This document shows, one piece after another, positions 33,189 through 45,455 of a stretch of DNA of 64,000 bases; positions within the stretch are counted from its first letter, which is position 1; each line of letters starts with the position of its first letter. A program made the translations under genes and the position numbers. Source of the DNA: Blastocladiella emersonii ATCC 22665. Lineage: Eukaryota; Fungi; Blastocladiomycota. Location: assembly GCA_025594325.1 (NCBI GenBank), contig JANHCV010000012.1, positions 806,001 to 870,000 of the forward strand, read 5' to 3'. The notes under the pieces are model-generated. The model worked only from the letters and a program-made list of their open reading frames with translations, did no database searches and was not told the DNA's origin.

Positions 33189-34821
33189 ATGTCCGCCGCG
33201 CGCCCGCCGTCCGAGTCCGCGACGACCGCGTCGCCTGCGCCGTCGCCGGCTCCCGCGCAACGCGCTCCACCTGCCGCCGCCGCCCCGCCGCAGCAAACGC
33301 AGTCGTGGTACTGCCAGCCGTGCAAGAAGCCCTTCAGCTCCGAAAAGACCCTGCTCACCCACGAGATGTCGACCAAGCACAAGGTCGCTGTCGCCAAGTT
33401 CGGCGGGAGTGCGCCGGCTCGGGCGCCTGCGCCGGCACTAGCTCCGGCGGCAACCGCGCGGCCTGCAACGCCGAGCGGACCGGGCGGATCGGGTACGCTT
33501 TGGGGTGCGAGCGCTTGACGGTGTCGGTTCTCACGCGACGCGTGGGCATGTAGACGTTGTCACCGAACTCCGCAGGATCCAGTCCCTCGGCACCCTCGCC
33601 GACGCGATCGCCGCGTACTGGAAGCTCGCACAGCGTACGCCCTCCCACTTCCCACCCCACCCCTACCCTTCCCACCCGCTACTCACCCGACCCTTCGTGT
33701 AGACGCGTGGACCGCCCTCGCCCGCCCGCGCGACACCGCGACCGTGCTGTGCATCTTGCTCAAGCTCCTCCTCGCCGAACCGCGCCCGTCCGTCCCGCCC
33801 ACGGCGTCGCTCCCGCTCCCACTCGACGCATTGCTCGCCGAGACCCGACGTACGCTCGCGCGGGTCCTCGTCCTCGAGGGTGTCGGCGCCGCCGAGGCGC
33901 GGGACTTGATCCGCACTACGATGTTTGGCGAGGGCTGGGCGGAGGTGGTGCGCGGGGCCATGGCGGAGGGCGAGGCCGCGGCGTGGGCGCCCAAGGCGAT
34001 CGGACGCGTGCTGGGCGAGAAGATGGTGGATGTGGTGGTGGCGGGGCACGTCGAGGAGGCGTGGCTCGTTGAGGCGAGGGATCCTGTCGTCGCGCCGTGT
34101 GTCATGTATCTCGGCGTCGAGGTCGCGCAAAGGTACGTTTGGGCGACACGGTGTAACCTGGCATGGGACTGAACCCTCGTACGCGCGCGCGTGTAGCGAA
34201 TCCGATTTTGGGAAGTGGACCGACCGCGTCGTCGATTACTGGCTGTCGCAGGGCGAGACCGCGCACCCATCTCTCCTCGCGTGGACGCGGTGGCTGCTCG
34301 CTCGACCTGGAATCGAGGCGGCGCAGCAGTTGCGGCGGCGGATTGCGCTCATTGGGCTGTGCTGTGCGAGCCTGCTCGGTACGTACTCTCGCGCTGGTGG
34401 TCCGCGTCGTCCCGTTGGTCTCACCGAACCGCGCGGCGTGTAGGTGACCGCATGAGCGCGAAATGGATCGTGCAGCGGTGCAAGGACGACGCCGAGTTCG
34501 TAGCCTCGCGCGAGGTCAAGGTACGCTGCGCTGAACCACGTATCCTTCGCTCTCAGGCTGACCATGCCTTACGCGAACGCGTAGCACCTCCTGCTCGCCC
34601 TCGACAACCCGAGCGACCACGCGACGTACCACTACGGCATCGGCGCGTCGGCCGCCGTGATGCAGCAAGTCCACGTCAAGTCGGCGCAACCACACCAGCC
34701 GCTCCTAGCCATCGCCAAGACGATGCGGACCGACGCGGAGATCAAACTGTTGCAGCTCGCGGTGCGCGAGGTCTCGTCGCTGTCCCCGCTCGGTGTCACC
34801 TTGCCTGTGAGTTACTGGTGA
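33189..34821 (+). CDS. Multi-exon protein with an N-terminal matrin/U1-type C2H2 zinc finger and a helical C-terminus
   Basis: WYCQPCKKPFSSEKTLLTHEMSTKH; about five GTACG[CT]..TAG introns give a continuous frame to TGA at 34819-34821. Confidence 0.7.
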
Positions 34822-35227
34822 TACAGCGAAGGTCTAGAGCTGCTGCCAGTTTCACACTTTAGCGAACATGACGTACAACTCTGTAGGCTCACGATGTCGG
34901 CCGAATGCGGCGGTTGTCGCACTTCTGGCTCAGACGACGAGAGCAATCTTCCGCTCTCAGACACGGGCTTCCGCCTGACGAGTCAATACTACGATTTGCA
35001 TGCTGGAAGGTGGTCTCGCTCCTGAGCGGGCCTTAAACTCGTCGCAGAGGCGTGATCTCGCATCACGTGTGTGGCGCGGCGCGTCCCGAAGGTTGAGCGG
35101 AGCGGCGACGAGATGCTGAAAAAAAGCGTGACGAGCCACGATTCAGTATTATGTGCAACAGGAAACCAGACGCGCTCGCCTAAGGGCGTGCTCAGACCAA
35201 CAAATGTCTCGGAACTTCCTATCTTTG

Positions 35228-36898
35228 TCAGTCCGTCCCCTCGCGGTCGGCCTCGTCCGCTCGTTTAGCGACGAGACGCATGATTTCTTCCTTTACAGAG
35301 GTTCCAACGCGAGTCGAATCGAGTTTCACTGCCCTAAGGTTCGGCGGGAACCGATCAATGAGCAGCTGCGCGCCCGCGTCCGTGATCCCGTCGTTCCAGC
35401 TGAGGTCCAGCGCGGTCAGCGTGCGAGGGAAAGCAGGAACAAGCGCCTCAAGACTCGCGTCGGTGACCCTCGCAGAAGCAAGCTGAAGTTTCTCGAGCTG
35501 CGGCGGGAGGTGCGCCGCGAGGTCGAGCAGGTCCGAGTGATCGAGCTGGCAGTAGCCGAGTTTTAGTACACGCAAGGACAAGGGGAACCGCGAGGTGTAA
35601 GCTCGAAGCTCGTTGTGTTCGAGTTGAATAGAGCCGAGATCCAGTTGCTTAAGCGTCGGGGGCAAGGCGGCAGCGAGCTCGAAATGGGCTTCTCTGTTGA
35701 AGAAATTGCCGCTCGTGTTGAGCGTTGTCAGCGAACGCGGGATCGCGCGGGCAAGCGCAGTCGCAGAAGTGTTGTTGAGCCAGCAGTACACCACGTCGAG
35801 CCGGCGAAGGCCGTCGGGGAAGGTCCAGTCGAACGGAGCGCCATTGCCGTTTCCGTTAAGCGGGTTGTTTGTGAGTGAGAGATGGTCGAGTCCTGGCGGG
35901 AATAGCGGACCCGCTTGCATTAGCCCGGTGCCCGTGAGATAGTTGCGAGCGAGGTCGAGCCTGCGCAAGATTTGAGGAACAATTGCAAGTAGCTCGAGTA
36001 CCGCTGTATCCTTCATCCCACAGTCTGAGAGGTCAAGATCCGTGAGCGATGGTGGAAGAGCGCGGAAGGGGAACGTGAAGCCGCTTCGACAGTGGAAACC
36101 GAGGGAAGTGAGGTTCGAGGGCCAGGTCCAGCGCTCGAGCTTGGCGGCCTTCGGCGGCTGGACAAGCCACGGCGAGGTAATATCGATGCTTGCGAGCGTG
36201 GGCGGCAAATCGAGTGCAAGGAAGCGGGACCAGTCGAGCGAGCAAGCGTCGAGGCGAATGATGCGCAAGGATTGCTTCGGGCTGGCAAACGCGTCGTTGA
36301 GCATGCGAATCCCCGACGCCCGAATCCACAGTTCGCGCAGCTCGAGATCGGTGACGAGTCCCGAAGCGACCTCGTCGGCAATCGCGTGAATCTTGGCGTC
36401 CATGGTCTCCGTGCTGATCGGCGGTTCGGGGCTATTGGTGCGGATTCCAAGAGTAATCAAGTACACGAACACGGCGCTGCCGAGGTAGTGCTGCTCGCGC
36501 ATAAGCCCCGAGTTGCGCCACCACTCGACCGTGGAGAGGTGACCAGCGTTTATCACACCGAGCAGCGCTTGACTGGTGCACTCGACGGGGAAACCGGCAG
36601 CTATGCGCTTGTCCAGCACAGCTGCGGCACCGCGCACGCTCGCGGCTTCGGTCGAAAGTGCAGGCGAATGCTGAAGCATTGCTCGTTGGACGCGAGGGGC
36701 CGCGTCCTCGCTCAAGACATGCGAATACTGCAAGAGTCCATGAACGTCGTTCGGATCGTCGTGCGCCCAGACGGCACAAGCAAGAATCCGCTCGAGGATT
36801 TGAGGTATCGCGAGCTTCACGGGCGTGAATGCGAGTTGAGCGAGCCGTTCGGGCAAGTCGGCATGATCCATGGTTTCTCCTCTGTCGACACGTTTCAT
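35228..36898 (-). CDS. F-box-like + ankyrin-like + RNI-type LRR protein, paralog 1 (start uncertain, 36871-37000)
   Basis: LAIPQILERIL (F-box-like), EAASVRG..VEWWRNSGL (ankyrin-like), and repeated LPPSLTDLDLSDC, LRRLDLARNYL, LTTLNTSGNFF, LTALDLSWN units; intronless. Confidence 0.8.
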   Translation of the reverse strand: MKRVDRGETMDHADLPERLAQLAFTPVKLAIPQILERILACAVWAHDDPNDVHGLLQYSHVLSEDAAPRVQRAMLQHSPALSTEAASVRGAAAVLDKRIAAGFPVECTSQALLGVINAGHLSTVEWWRNSGLMREQHYLGSAVFVYLITLGIRTNSPEPPISTETMDAKIHAIADEVASGLVTDLELRELWIRASGIRMLNDAFASPKQSLRIIRLDACSLDWSRFLALDLPPTLASIDITSPWLVQPPKAAKLERWTWPSNLTSLGFHCRSGFTFPFRALPPSLTDLDLSDCGMKDTAVLELLAIVPQILRRLDLARNYLTGTGLMQAGPLFPPGLDHLSLTNNPLNGNGNGAPFDWTFPDGLRRLDVVYCWLNNTSATALARAIPRSLTTLNTSGNFFNREAHFELAAALPPTLKQLDLGSIQLEHNELRAYTSRFPLSLRVLKLGYCQLDHSDLLDLAAHLPPQLEKLQLASARVTDASLEALVPAFPRTLTALDLSWNDGITDAGAQLLIDRFPPNLRAVKLDSTRVGTSVKEEIMRLVAKRADEADREGTD

Positions 36899-37315
36899 TA
36901 GGTTACATAGAGCTGCCACGAGGGTCAGGGAGGTTAGTCGCAGAGAGCGGGGGACGGCGGCGAGCTCGCCCGTCAACTCGAGCACGCTTGGTCGGGTCAT
37001 GTGAGGCGGGATGAGTCGGATCAGAGTCCAGATCAGGGTTGCTGCGCTACCGCCTCCCGTCCTCGGCGCTCTCGGCTCCCGCCGCAGAGGCACGAGCGGG
37101 GGCTCGGGGTGTCGCGCAGCGAGAAAATTTGTCTCCAAATTCGCGCGTGACGGACGCGAGACAAGTGACGCGTTTCGCGACGCCTGCCGCATGGAGCGCT
37201 CACATGGCCATGGCCAGTTGCTGCGCGGTTGAAACTGTCAGTGAGCTCGTGCGAAAAGAGATACTTTGCATTGAAGCGGAACGGTCAGCGCACGATGAAA
37301 TGAATGGTCATACAT

Positions 37316-38911
37316 TCAAAACTCATCAGCTTCATCGTCGTTGTAAGTAGCCGCTTCCTTGTCCCTGACAGTTTTGGAGACGCGACACCGAATCGCCTTC
37401 ATCCACTTGTTGTCGATGTGCGGTCCGCTCAGAGAAAGGTACTCGAGATTTGGCGGAAGATGACCGATGAGCAGCCTGGCGCCAGTATTTGTAATGCTCG
37501 TTTCACCGATGCCAAAGAGGGTCAGTGTGGCAGGGAACGCTGGGGCAAGCCTTTCCATGGCAGAGTCATCAATGTTGGCGGAATACAGTTGAAGCTCTTT
37601 CAGCTGAGGCGGTAGTAGCTTCACAATTTGGCCAAGCTCGTCAGGGCTCAGGCTGGCGCGAGACAAATCAAGAACGCGCAAAGCTGGGGGGAAACGTTGG
37701 GCGTATTCAATAAGTTCGGCGTACTTGAGTTCACAATTGGATAAGATCAGCCGCTTGAGAGTCGAAGGAAGCGCGGCTGCAAGAGCTTTGTGGGCGTCCT
37801 TGCTCATTATGGTGGAAGAAATATTCAATGATTTGAGTGAGCCAGGAATCGCTTGAGTAAGCGCAAGCCCTGCAGCGGATCTAAGCTCGCAATGATAGAG
37901 ATCGAGTGTGACGAGGTCGCTTGGAAACGTCCAGTTAAAACCTCCTGGAGCAGTTGGCATCCAAAGCGGGTTGCGCCGAAGCACTAAATGTCTGAGCTGG
38001 CATGGGAATAACGGCCCTGCTTGGTTGAGCCCGGTGCCAGTTAATCCAATAGACGTGAGGTTGAGCTTGTGCAAGTTCGAAGGCAAAGCAGGAAGCAGCT
38101 TGATTAGTTCTGCGTCGCCAATGGGACAGTTTGAGAGGTCAAGAACAGTCAATGTAGCAGGGAGGGTGCGAAACGGGAAAGTGATCCCGTTGTAAGCACA
38201 CTGGAAGGTGAGAGAAGTGAGGTGCGGCGGCCACGGCCAGCCCTCGAGATGAGCTGGCTCAGGCAGTTGAATGAGCCAGACGGAAGCCACTTCCAACTGG
38301 GTGAGTGTGGGCGGAAACCTGAGAGCGAAAAAGCGAGACCAATCAAGATTGGAGTTGTGGATGCGGAGCGAAAGAATCTCGTGCGGTGGGTTTGCAAACG
38401 CCTTGTTGAGCAATGGAACGGTCGACCACTGAATCCATTTGTCTTCGATCTTGAGCTCGGTTGTGCGACCGGCCTTCAAGTCGCGAGAAATTGGACGAAA
38501 TCTAGCATCCAGAACGTGTGCGGGGGTCGGTGGGGCGAAGTCACCGTTAAAGCCGAAGGTAAACCCCCAGACCAAGCGGTTGGGCTCGAAATGCTTGGAG
38601 CGGACAAGGCCTGATGTGATCCACCACTCGACGGTTGGAAGGCGGCCACGCTCGATGGCACCACCGAGGGCACGCTGAGAGCATGAGACGGTGAAGCCTC
38701 AGGACTTCCACTTTTCGAGAAAGTGCACGGCGCCGCGCTCGCTAGCTCGATCCGTTGCGGGTACAAGCGACCGCTGGAGAACGGCGCGGATGACACGCGG
38801 CGCGGAGCTCTCGGTAAAGACGCGAGAGTACTGAGAGAGACCGGTCACATCTTCGGGGTCTGCGTGAGCCCAAACAGCATAAACAAGAATCCGCTCGAGA
38901 ACCTCGGCCAT
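37316..38911 (-). pseudogene. F-box-like + ankyrin-like + LRR paralog 2 with an in-frame TGA
   Basis: ORFs 38911..38699 and 38575..37316 share one frame and align to paralog 1 across a single stop (KWKS*GFTVSC at 38699-38701). Confidence 0.75.
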
Positions 38912-39249
38912 GGCGAGCTTGACGGGTGGCCCCGCGGGGGCAGTTACGTTTCATCAAGTTACATGGAGTGAAAAGGTCGGCGGGGAGCGAGGAACCGGAG
39001 GCGGAGCGGCGGGCGACTCGAAAGGCGAGGCGAAGCGGGTTTTCGGTCATGTGATGCTGACCGATCGGGTTTCAGCCCGTTTTTGGAGGCTAGCGATCGC
39101 GGCGCGCAACATTCCGGCGCCGCGCCGCGCCGCGGGCATTCAACAAATCGCGGCCGCTCCTTCCTCTCTCCCACCCGCCCACACGCACCATCACTGCAAC
39201 GCAACGCTACTTGCTGCAAAGCACCCGCCGAATTTATTTATCATCCACG

Positions 39250-39823
39250 ATGCAGGCCGCTATTGTCCGCGCAGCAACCACCGTGGCCCCGCGCACGCGC
39301 AAGGCCGTGCTCACGCTGGTGCGCCGCGATCCCTGCCCATTCGGCGCCTGCGCCACCCAGGTCCCGCTGACCGTTTTTTGGTCGGTAGACACCACGCGCC
39401 GTGGAGCGCGTCAAGGACCTCGCCAAGGAGGACTCGATTCTCCGCGTCGGCGTCAAGAAGAAGGGTGCGTGTTGCGCGCTCGCGTCGCCTGCCGGTCCGA
39501 CTCGAGGGCTGACCCTTTCCATCCATGTAGGCTGCTCCGGCCTCCAGTACTCGCTCGACTACGTCAAGGCGAAGCAGCGGTTTGACGAGGAGGTGGTGCA
39601 GGACGGTACGCTCCTTCCGCCCAACCCGGCCTCTTCCCATCACCCGGTGCTGACCCACACTCGTCCGTGTGTAGGCGCGCGCGTACTCATCGAGTCCAAG
39701 GCGCTGCTGTCGATTCTCGGTTCCGAGATGGACTACGTGCAGGACAAGCTGTCGTCGCAGTTTGTGTTCAGCAACCCGAACGTCAAGGAGAGCTGCGGGT
39801 GCGGCCAGAGCTTCATGGTGTAG
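39250..39823 (+). CDS. ISA1: Iron-sulfur cluster assembly A-type protein
   Basis: Three introns; VLTLTPRAVERVK, LRVGVKKKGCSGLQY, FDEEVVQDG, LGSEMDYVQDKLSSQFVFSNPNVKESCGCGQSF. Confidence 0.95.
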
Positions 39824-40093
39824 CGAAGCCCTCTCGACTTCCTCCTTGCGTGCTCCTCCTCAACCGTTCCCTCTCCCTCCCGTCCCTCGTTTTGCTTTGT
39901 ACTATTCTCCTCCTCCTAGCCCCCCCTTGCGCGCACCGCCGGTCGCTACCGCCGGTCGCTACCGCCTCCCTCGCCTGATATCCCATGCCCTGTAACTAAA
40001 CGACCTCGTCTTACTCGACCTTCTGTCTCGCATGACGCGCCGTGAATGTGGAAGATGCGTGTATCAAAACCTGCCAGGGAGCGACCCGCCCGC

Positions 40094-40455
40094 TCACAGG
40101 TCGTAGTCGATGGCCATGATATCGTCGATGAGCGGCTTGATGACCTCCTGCACGACGCGCTGGTGCGTCGGGTGCGGCGAGTAGGTCGCGAGGGCCTCGC
40201 GCGACGCCATCTCGGTCACGAACGCTACGGAACACGCGCGTCCGTCAGTCGGCGGCCGATCCCCGTCAACAACCGCCCGCACGTACCGTACTCGAACCCC
40301 TTGTGGCGGTCCGTGAACGACTTGCCAAACGACGCGCGCGTGATGAGGTCCGGGAACGCGGCCTGGAGCGCGAGCAGCTCCTTGCCCATGTTGGCGATGG
40401 CCGCCTCGCTCGCGTCGGCCTTGATCTTGAACAGCACAATGTGGACGATGGGCAT
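40094..40455 (-). CDS. Stress-responsive A/B barrel (Dabb) protein
   Basis: IVHIVLFKIK, HKGFEYG, one intron, FVTEMASREALATYSPHPTHQ, AIDYDL. Confidence 0.9.
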
Positions 40456-40885
40456 GTTTGCGTCGGGTTACAGCGGCATGTAAATAAGTGCTTGAAGGGA
40501 GAGGAGAGCGGAAGAGCGAGGGCTGAGAACTCTGAGCACTCGGCCCCAGCGACGGCGGCCGGCCGCGACGCGTTGCCCCACGTGGCGGCCGAGAGTCCCG
40601 CGACGCGTCTCGCGCCTCCAATTACGCTTACTGCTGACTATCGCTCCATCTTGTCGGGCGTTGCCGGCAGGGCCGCGGCCGTGTCCCTGTGCCCGGCGAG
40701 TCATCGCCCTGCCACTGCAGCGGCGGGGCTGAGCGACCTCGGATCAGCGGCCCTGCCCTCGCTCTCCCTCTTCCCTCTCTCCCATCATGCAACTCGCTGC
40801 AACCTGAATGTAAACCACATGCACTCCATCCGCGAGACCCCGAACTGCTGAATCTATCGTGAGACCCATCACCGCCTCCGAAACC

Positions 40886-42476
40886 ATGGGAGGTGCCCTC
40901 GCCGCCGCATGGGCAGGCGCCCGCGCCATCCTCAAGGTCGCCATCGTGTGTGGTACGGCCCCCGCACCGCCTCCCCCACCCGCCGACCCGCATGCTGACC
41001 CCACGCGGCATGCGTAGGCGCCGGCGGCGTCGCCTTCAAGCTGGGCGTCTTCGACCTGAAGACGTCCAAGGTCATGTCGAACATGTTCATCAAGCTGTTC
41101 CTGCCGGCGCTCATCTTCTCCAAGACGGCCGTGGCCATCACCGAGGACAACGCGCCGTTCCTCGGCATCCTGTCGACCTTTTCGCTCGGCTACTTCTTCC
41201 TCGGCCACCTCGTCGGCCTCGCGCTGTACTTCGCGTTGCGCCGCCTGATGCCCGTGCACCTGCGCCGGTCGCTAATCCCTGCCACGGCGTTCGGAAACCA
41301 CGGCGACCTCGTGCTCAGTATCATCCTGTCGCTCGCGGGAACCCCGCCGTTTCGGGATGGGGATGTCGACCGCGGCGTCGCGTATGTCAGCGTGTGGTAC
41401 TCCCTGTACGTTGTCGCTCGAATCGGTTTGCGGGAGTTCGCGGCTGACTCGCGCGAGCGAGGTGTAGGTTCAACCTCCTGTTCTACGGCATCGGCATCAA
41501 GTGCTTTGAGCGCGATTTCGCCGATTTCGCGCGCGAGGAGGACGCGGCCCGCGGCGCCGACAAGGTCGACCTCGACTGCGTCGCCGTGGGCGAGGACGGC
41601 GCGGGGGTCGGGAACGTGGCGCTCGCCGGGCGCGCGAGCACCCGCGACGACTACGACGAGGACGAGGACAGCGACGACGCCGCGAGCAGCAAGAACAGCA
41701 TCGTGCGGTACCGCGCGGCCAGCAGCGCCGCGTCCCCGCCGCTCCTCGCCCCGCCGAGCGTGAACTCCACCGCGCCACCACGGTGGCCGCGCGTGCACCG
41801 CGCGTGGTCCGCGGTCGCGCGCGGTTGGGCGCGGGCGAACGAGAACCCGGTAGTCCGGAGCCTGCTGCTCCCGCCGAACATCGGCCTCGCGCTCGGGCTC
41901 CTGGTCGCGCTGACGCCGCTCAAGTCGCTGCTGATGCCGGCGTCGGCGCCGCTGTCGTTCGTGTACGACGCGGCGAATTTCATTGGCGCGGCGGCGATCC
42001 CCGTGTCCATGACGATCTTCGGGGCGGCGCTGACGACGGTCGAGACGGACCGGCGCGCGCTCGTGTCGAACCCGGGCCTGCTGTGGAGCACGGGGCTGAT
42101 CTGTGTCTACCGCATGGTGCTGATGCCCGTGATCGGGATCGCCGCGGTGACGTGGGCGACCGACGCCGGGTGGGTGCCGCTTGACCAGCCGATGCTTAGG
42201 TTTGTGCTGATGGTCGAGGCGTGTGGTACGTTTTCGACGCGGCGCAGTGTGCGTGCGACTGCTAACCCCTCGCGCATCGCTCGTGTGCGTGTAGTTCCGA
42301 CGGCGCAGATCTGCATCCTGATCACGCAGTACTTCCACCCGCGCGGCGAGTCCAAGGAGATTGCGACCATCATGATCGCGCAGTACGCGCTGAGCTTCAT
42401 CACGCTCACGGCGAGCCTCGGGTACATCTTCAACGTGCTCGAGACCACCACGCCGCCCGTGTTCGCGGGACTGTGA
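40886..42476 (+). CDS. Auxin-efflux-carrier/PILS-like (Mem_trans) membrane transporter
   Basis: LFLPALIFSK, TAFGNHGDL, LLLPPNIGLALG, AANFIGAAAIPVSMTIFGA, LMPVIGIA, FVLMVEAC, PTAQ; four introns; about 10 hydrophobic segments. Confidence 0.88.
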
Positions 42477-42551
42477 GCGCGCGGGCGCGCGGGGCGTGCA
42501 GAGATCCAACCGTAGTGTACCACTATATCTAGTCAAACTATCTATCGCTCA

Positions 42552-43270
42552 TCACTGCGGCAGACACTTGTACTTGACGCCGTCAAACTCGAACTCGCCG
42601 TGCTCGTACAGCTCGTCCAGCTTGGCCGCCAGCTGCGCGTTCGCGTGCTTGCACCCTACACACGGCGGCGGACGCGTCAGTCTCGCGCGTTTCGACCCGG
42701 GCGCACGCGCAGCGTACCGTCAGTAACGCGCTTAGACCACGCAAAGTACGCCTGGATGCGCTGCGCGGTCCACCCGGTCGGCGCCTTGCGCGTCAGGTCG
42801 CGCAGGTTGTACAGCTTGTCGGCGAGCTTGACGAGCTGCGCGCCGTGCGACTTGTGCGGCGCCGTCTCAACCTGCTTCTGCTTGCGCTCCGCTACACCAC
42901 GCCTGCGCGTCAGTCTCACACCCGCCATCTTCCCGAGACCACCCGTACCGCTCGGCAAATGCTTGTCGTCCGTCACCTCGGCCACAATGAGCGCGACCCG
43001 CTCGCCGAAATGCTCGCGGATCTCATCGGGCGTCGTGTCCGTGTCCTCGACCGTGTCGTGCAGGACGGCGGCCTGCAGGACGGCCACGTCGGTGACGCCG
43101 CCCTCGGCCGCGAGCAGCGTCGCGACGCCCAGCGGGTGGTTGATGTAGGGTGTGCCGCCGTCCTTGCGCTGCTGGAACCGGTGCTTGACCGCGGCAAAGT
43201 GCGCCGCCTTGAGCAGCGCCGCCACGGGCGCGTCGTCGGGCAGGACGGGGTATAGCGCGAGGGTTGCCAT
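42552..43270 (-). CDS. MESH1: HD-domain MESH1/HDDC3-like ppGpp hydrolase / NADPH phosphatase
   Basis: [67 protein letters not shown]; two introns. Confidence 0.9.
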
Positions 43271-44298
43271 GAGTCGGATGCGGGTCAGAGTCTGTGTGGG
43301 TGCTGGGTGGAGGGGGTGGGTGAGCGGCGAGGTGAGACGCGTCGCGAAACGCGCCGTCGCTGCGAGACGCGCGACTGCGGGGACGTTCATGGTCACTCAC
43401 GATTCACTCAGGGAGAGCGTGGACGATGGCGGCAACGTATCGTGTCTATAATCTTCAACTCGCACACAGCAAACTCCTCGCATCACCTCCCACTTTCGCT
43501 TGCCGCGTCTCCCACGCGCCAATCTCGACCTCGCCACGCCAACGACGCGCCCTTGATGCGTAACCTGATCGACGCGGGCAGCGTGATCGTCCCGCGGCCC
43601 CGCGAGCGCCTGGGCGGGGCTCCACTAAGCTGAGCCCAGCTACACGCGAAGATGAGGAGAGTCAGCCGAGCGGATGAGAGGAAGGTGAACGGTTCGCGGG
43701 CCGTACGTCGCTCGCGGAGCCGCGACTCACGCTGCCCGCCTCGACCAGGGTTCGAGTCGGGGGCACGGCGTCGGCGTGCGAGCGGATCGAGAGTTGGTGT
43801 GCGCGCGTGGTAGCTGCAGTCTCGCGGCGTCCTTCGCGCACCAGAACGGCGACGCAGGCCTTGAGAGCAACAAGGGAGCGCCTGAAAAAGTGGGTGATCA
43901 GGGCTGCGTTGATCACGACTCGCCGGCGGTCAGTAACGAGGATACGGCGACGCGCAATGCGAGGTCCACATGGACGAGACGTACATTGTAGGCCACTAGG
44001 CGAAAGACGATCACAACGCGTGGCTCGCGTTTAGTGGGAGCAGCTGCAGCTCGTGTCGAGCAGCAGCGCGTGCCGGACGCGAAGTTGCGACGACTGAAAG
44101 CTGCGGCTGCCCCGACAAAGAGCCCCTCCGAGGGAGAGCGCGCGAAAGATTTTATGCTCGCGCGCGGGCGAGGCAGTCGGCGGCGGACGAGTGAGAGCAG
44201 CCGAGTGGCGGTGGCGGCGCCAACTGGGCAGCGACGCGTGCGTCAGCCCGCATGTCCTGCATTTCTCCTCTCCGCAGCTCTTCACTACACGCGAAACC

Positions 44299-45145
44299 AT
44301 GACTGAATCCAATGAACACTTGATGCAAAAGCTCGAGAAGCGGCTGTCCAAGCTTGAGGAGGAGAGCCGGCGCTACTACGACTTGTGCCTAGCGCAGGGC
44401 AAGGAGTCAGCCAGCCTCGCCAGTTTGTGCGGAAGCAGAGCGCGCTGCTCCGGTCGCTCGAGCCCCTCGTAAACATTGACTCGAGCTCGGCTGTCCTGTG
44501 CCATCTCGTGAAGACGGTGAAGCAGGACCCGATGTGGGCCGAGGTGGAAGCGGAGAACGAGCGCGAGCAGCGTCGCAACGGCGTCATTAGAGACCTTCGG
44601 AACTTTGACGATTTTTGATCCGGTTCGTGCCGTGCATTACGCCACACCGCGCGCGCGCGGCCCACGTTGGTCCGGTCCTCGCGGCTCTGAACTCTGCCGC
44701 GCGACGACGGAGACTGAGAGGATTGCCGCGAAGCAATGCAGCGGCCTTGCTGCTGTTGTGTTTCGGGGGGAGGACGATCAATTTGGTGCGCCCATCATGT
44801 TCGAGAACAGTCCCGCCGCCTGTCTCACGCTAACGCATCCTCACCTCCTGTCAAACGTAGTTGTTGAGGCCAAGTCAACGACTCCATTTGGAAAGTTAGC
44901 CGCGGCCGCTTACGCGTACTTCTGCAAGGGACCCGGGCTGATTGGTTTCATCGACTCCGCCAAGGGGTGCCGTCTCAACCCGTCTTCCGAGCAGTCGCTG
45001 AGCGAAGTCCGGCCTGCCGTCCACTCGATTCACCTGACGCAGAGTACTCACGTTGACCGCTTACATTTAGCCTGTCATTGGAGACATGGACGTCATTCAC
45101 GTGCAACCCCACCAGTATGGTGGCGCCCTCTCGTCCTGGCTCTAA
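44299..45145 (+). pseudogene. Coiled-coil + SUMO-like gene A (two frameshifts in the N-terminal part; SUMO-like exons intact with di-Gly)
   Basis: Introns 44786..44860 and 45007..45070 give VVFRGEDDQFVVEAKSTTPFGKL..SEQSLSEPVIGDMDVIHVQPHQYGG-ALSSWL*. Frameshifts at about 44403 and 44612-44616. Confidence 0.65.
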
Positions 45146-45455
45146 AAGATGTGTGCAGCGGAATTTGCCAGTCAAAGCGAGATTTTGGCCCTGGAGAGCA
45201 GCGCGTGAAGTCGTGTGTCGGACGGAAATGCATCAAATTCTGCAACGATAAGCGAGGCCGTTTGTACCTCTTACCCTTGAGCGGAAGAAGTCAGCTTCAT
45301 GGTTCGGGTGTAGTCTTTTGTGTGGTGATGTGTTCACTGATGGGAGGAGGCGCCGCGCCACAGCGTGATCCACTAATGGGTCACCGCTCGCCGTTCGAAA
45401 GGGCACATAATCCATCCCATCTCTCTTGTACCCTACCCGTCTGCCTCAAATCACA

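Noticed and set aside
36991-39060. TCATGTGA at 36997 and 39047 as further copies of the bipartite element
   Set aside because: No GACGCG at the fixed distance; they coincide with candidate minus-strand ATG contexts of the LRR genes.
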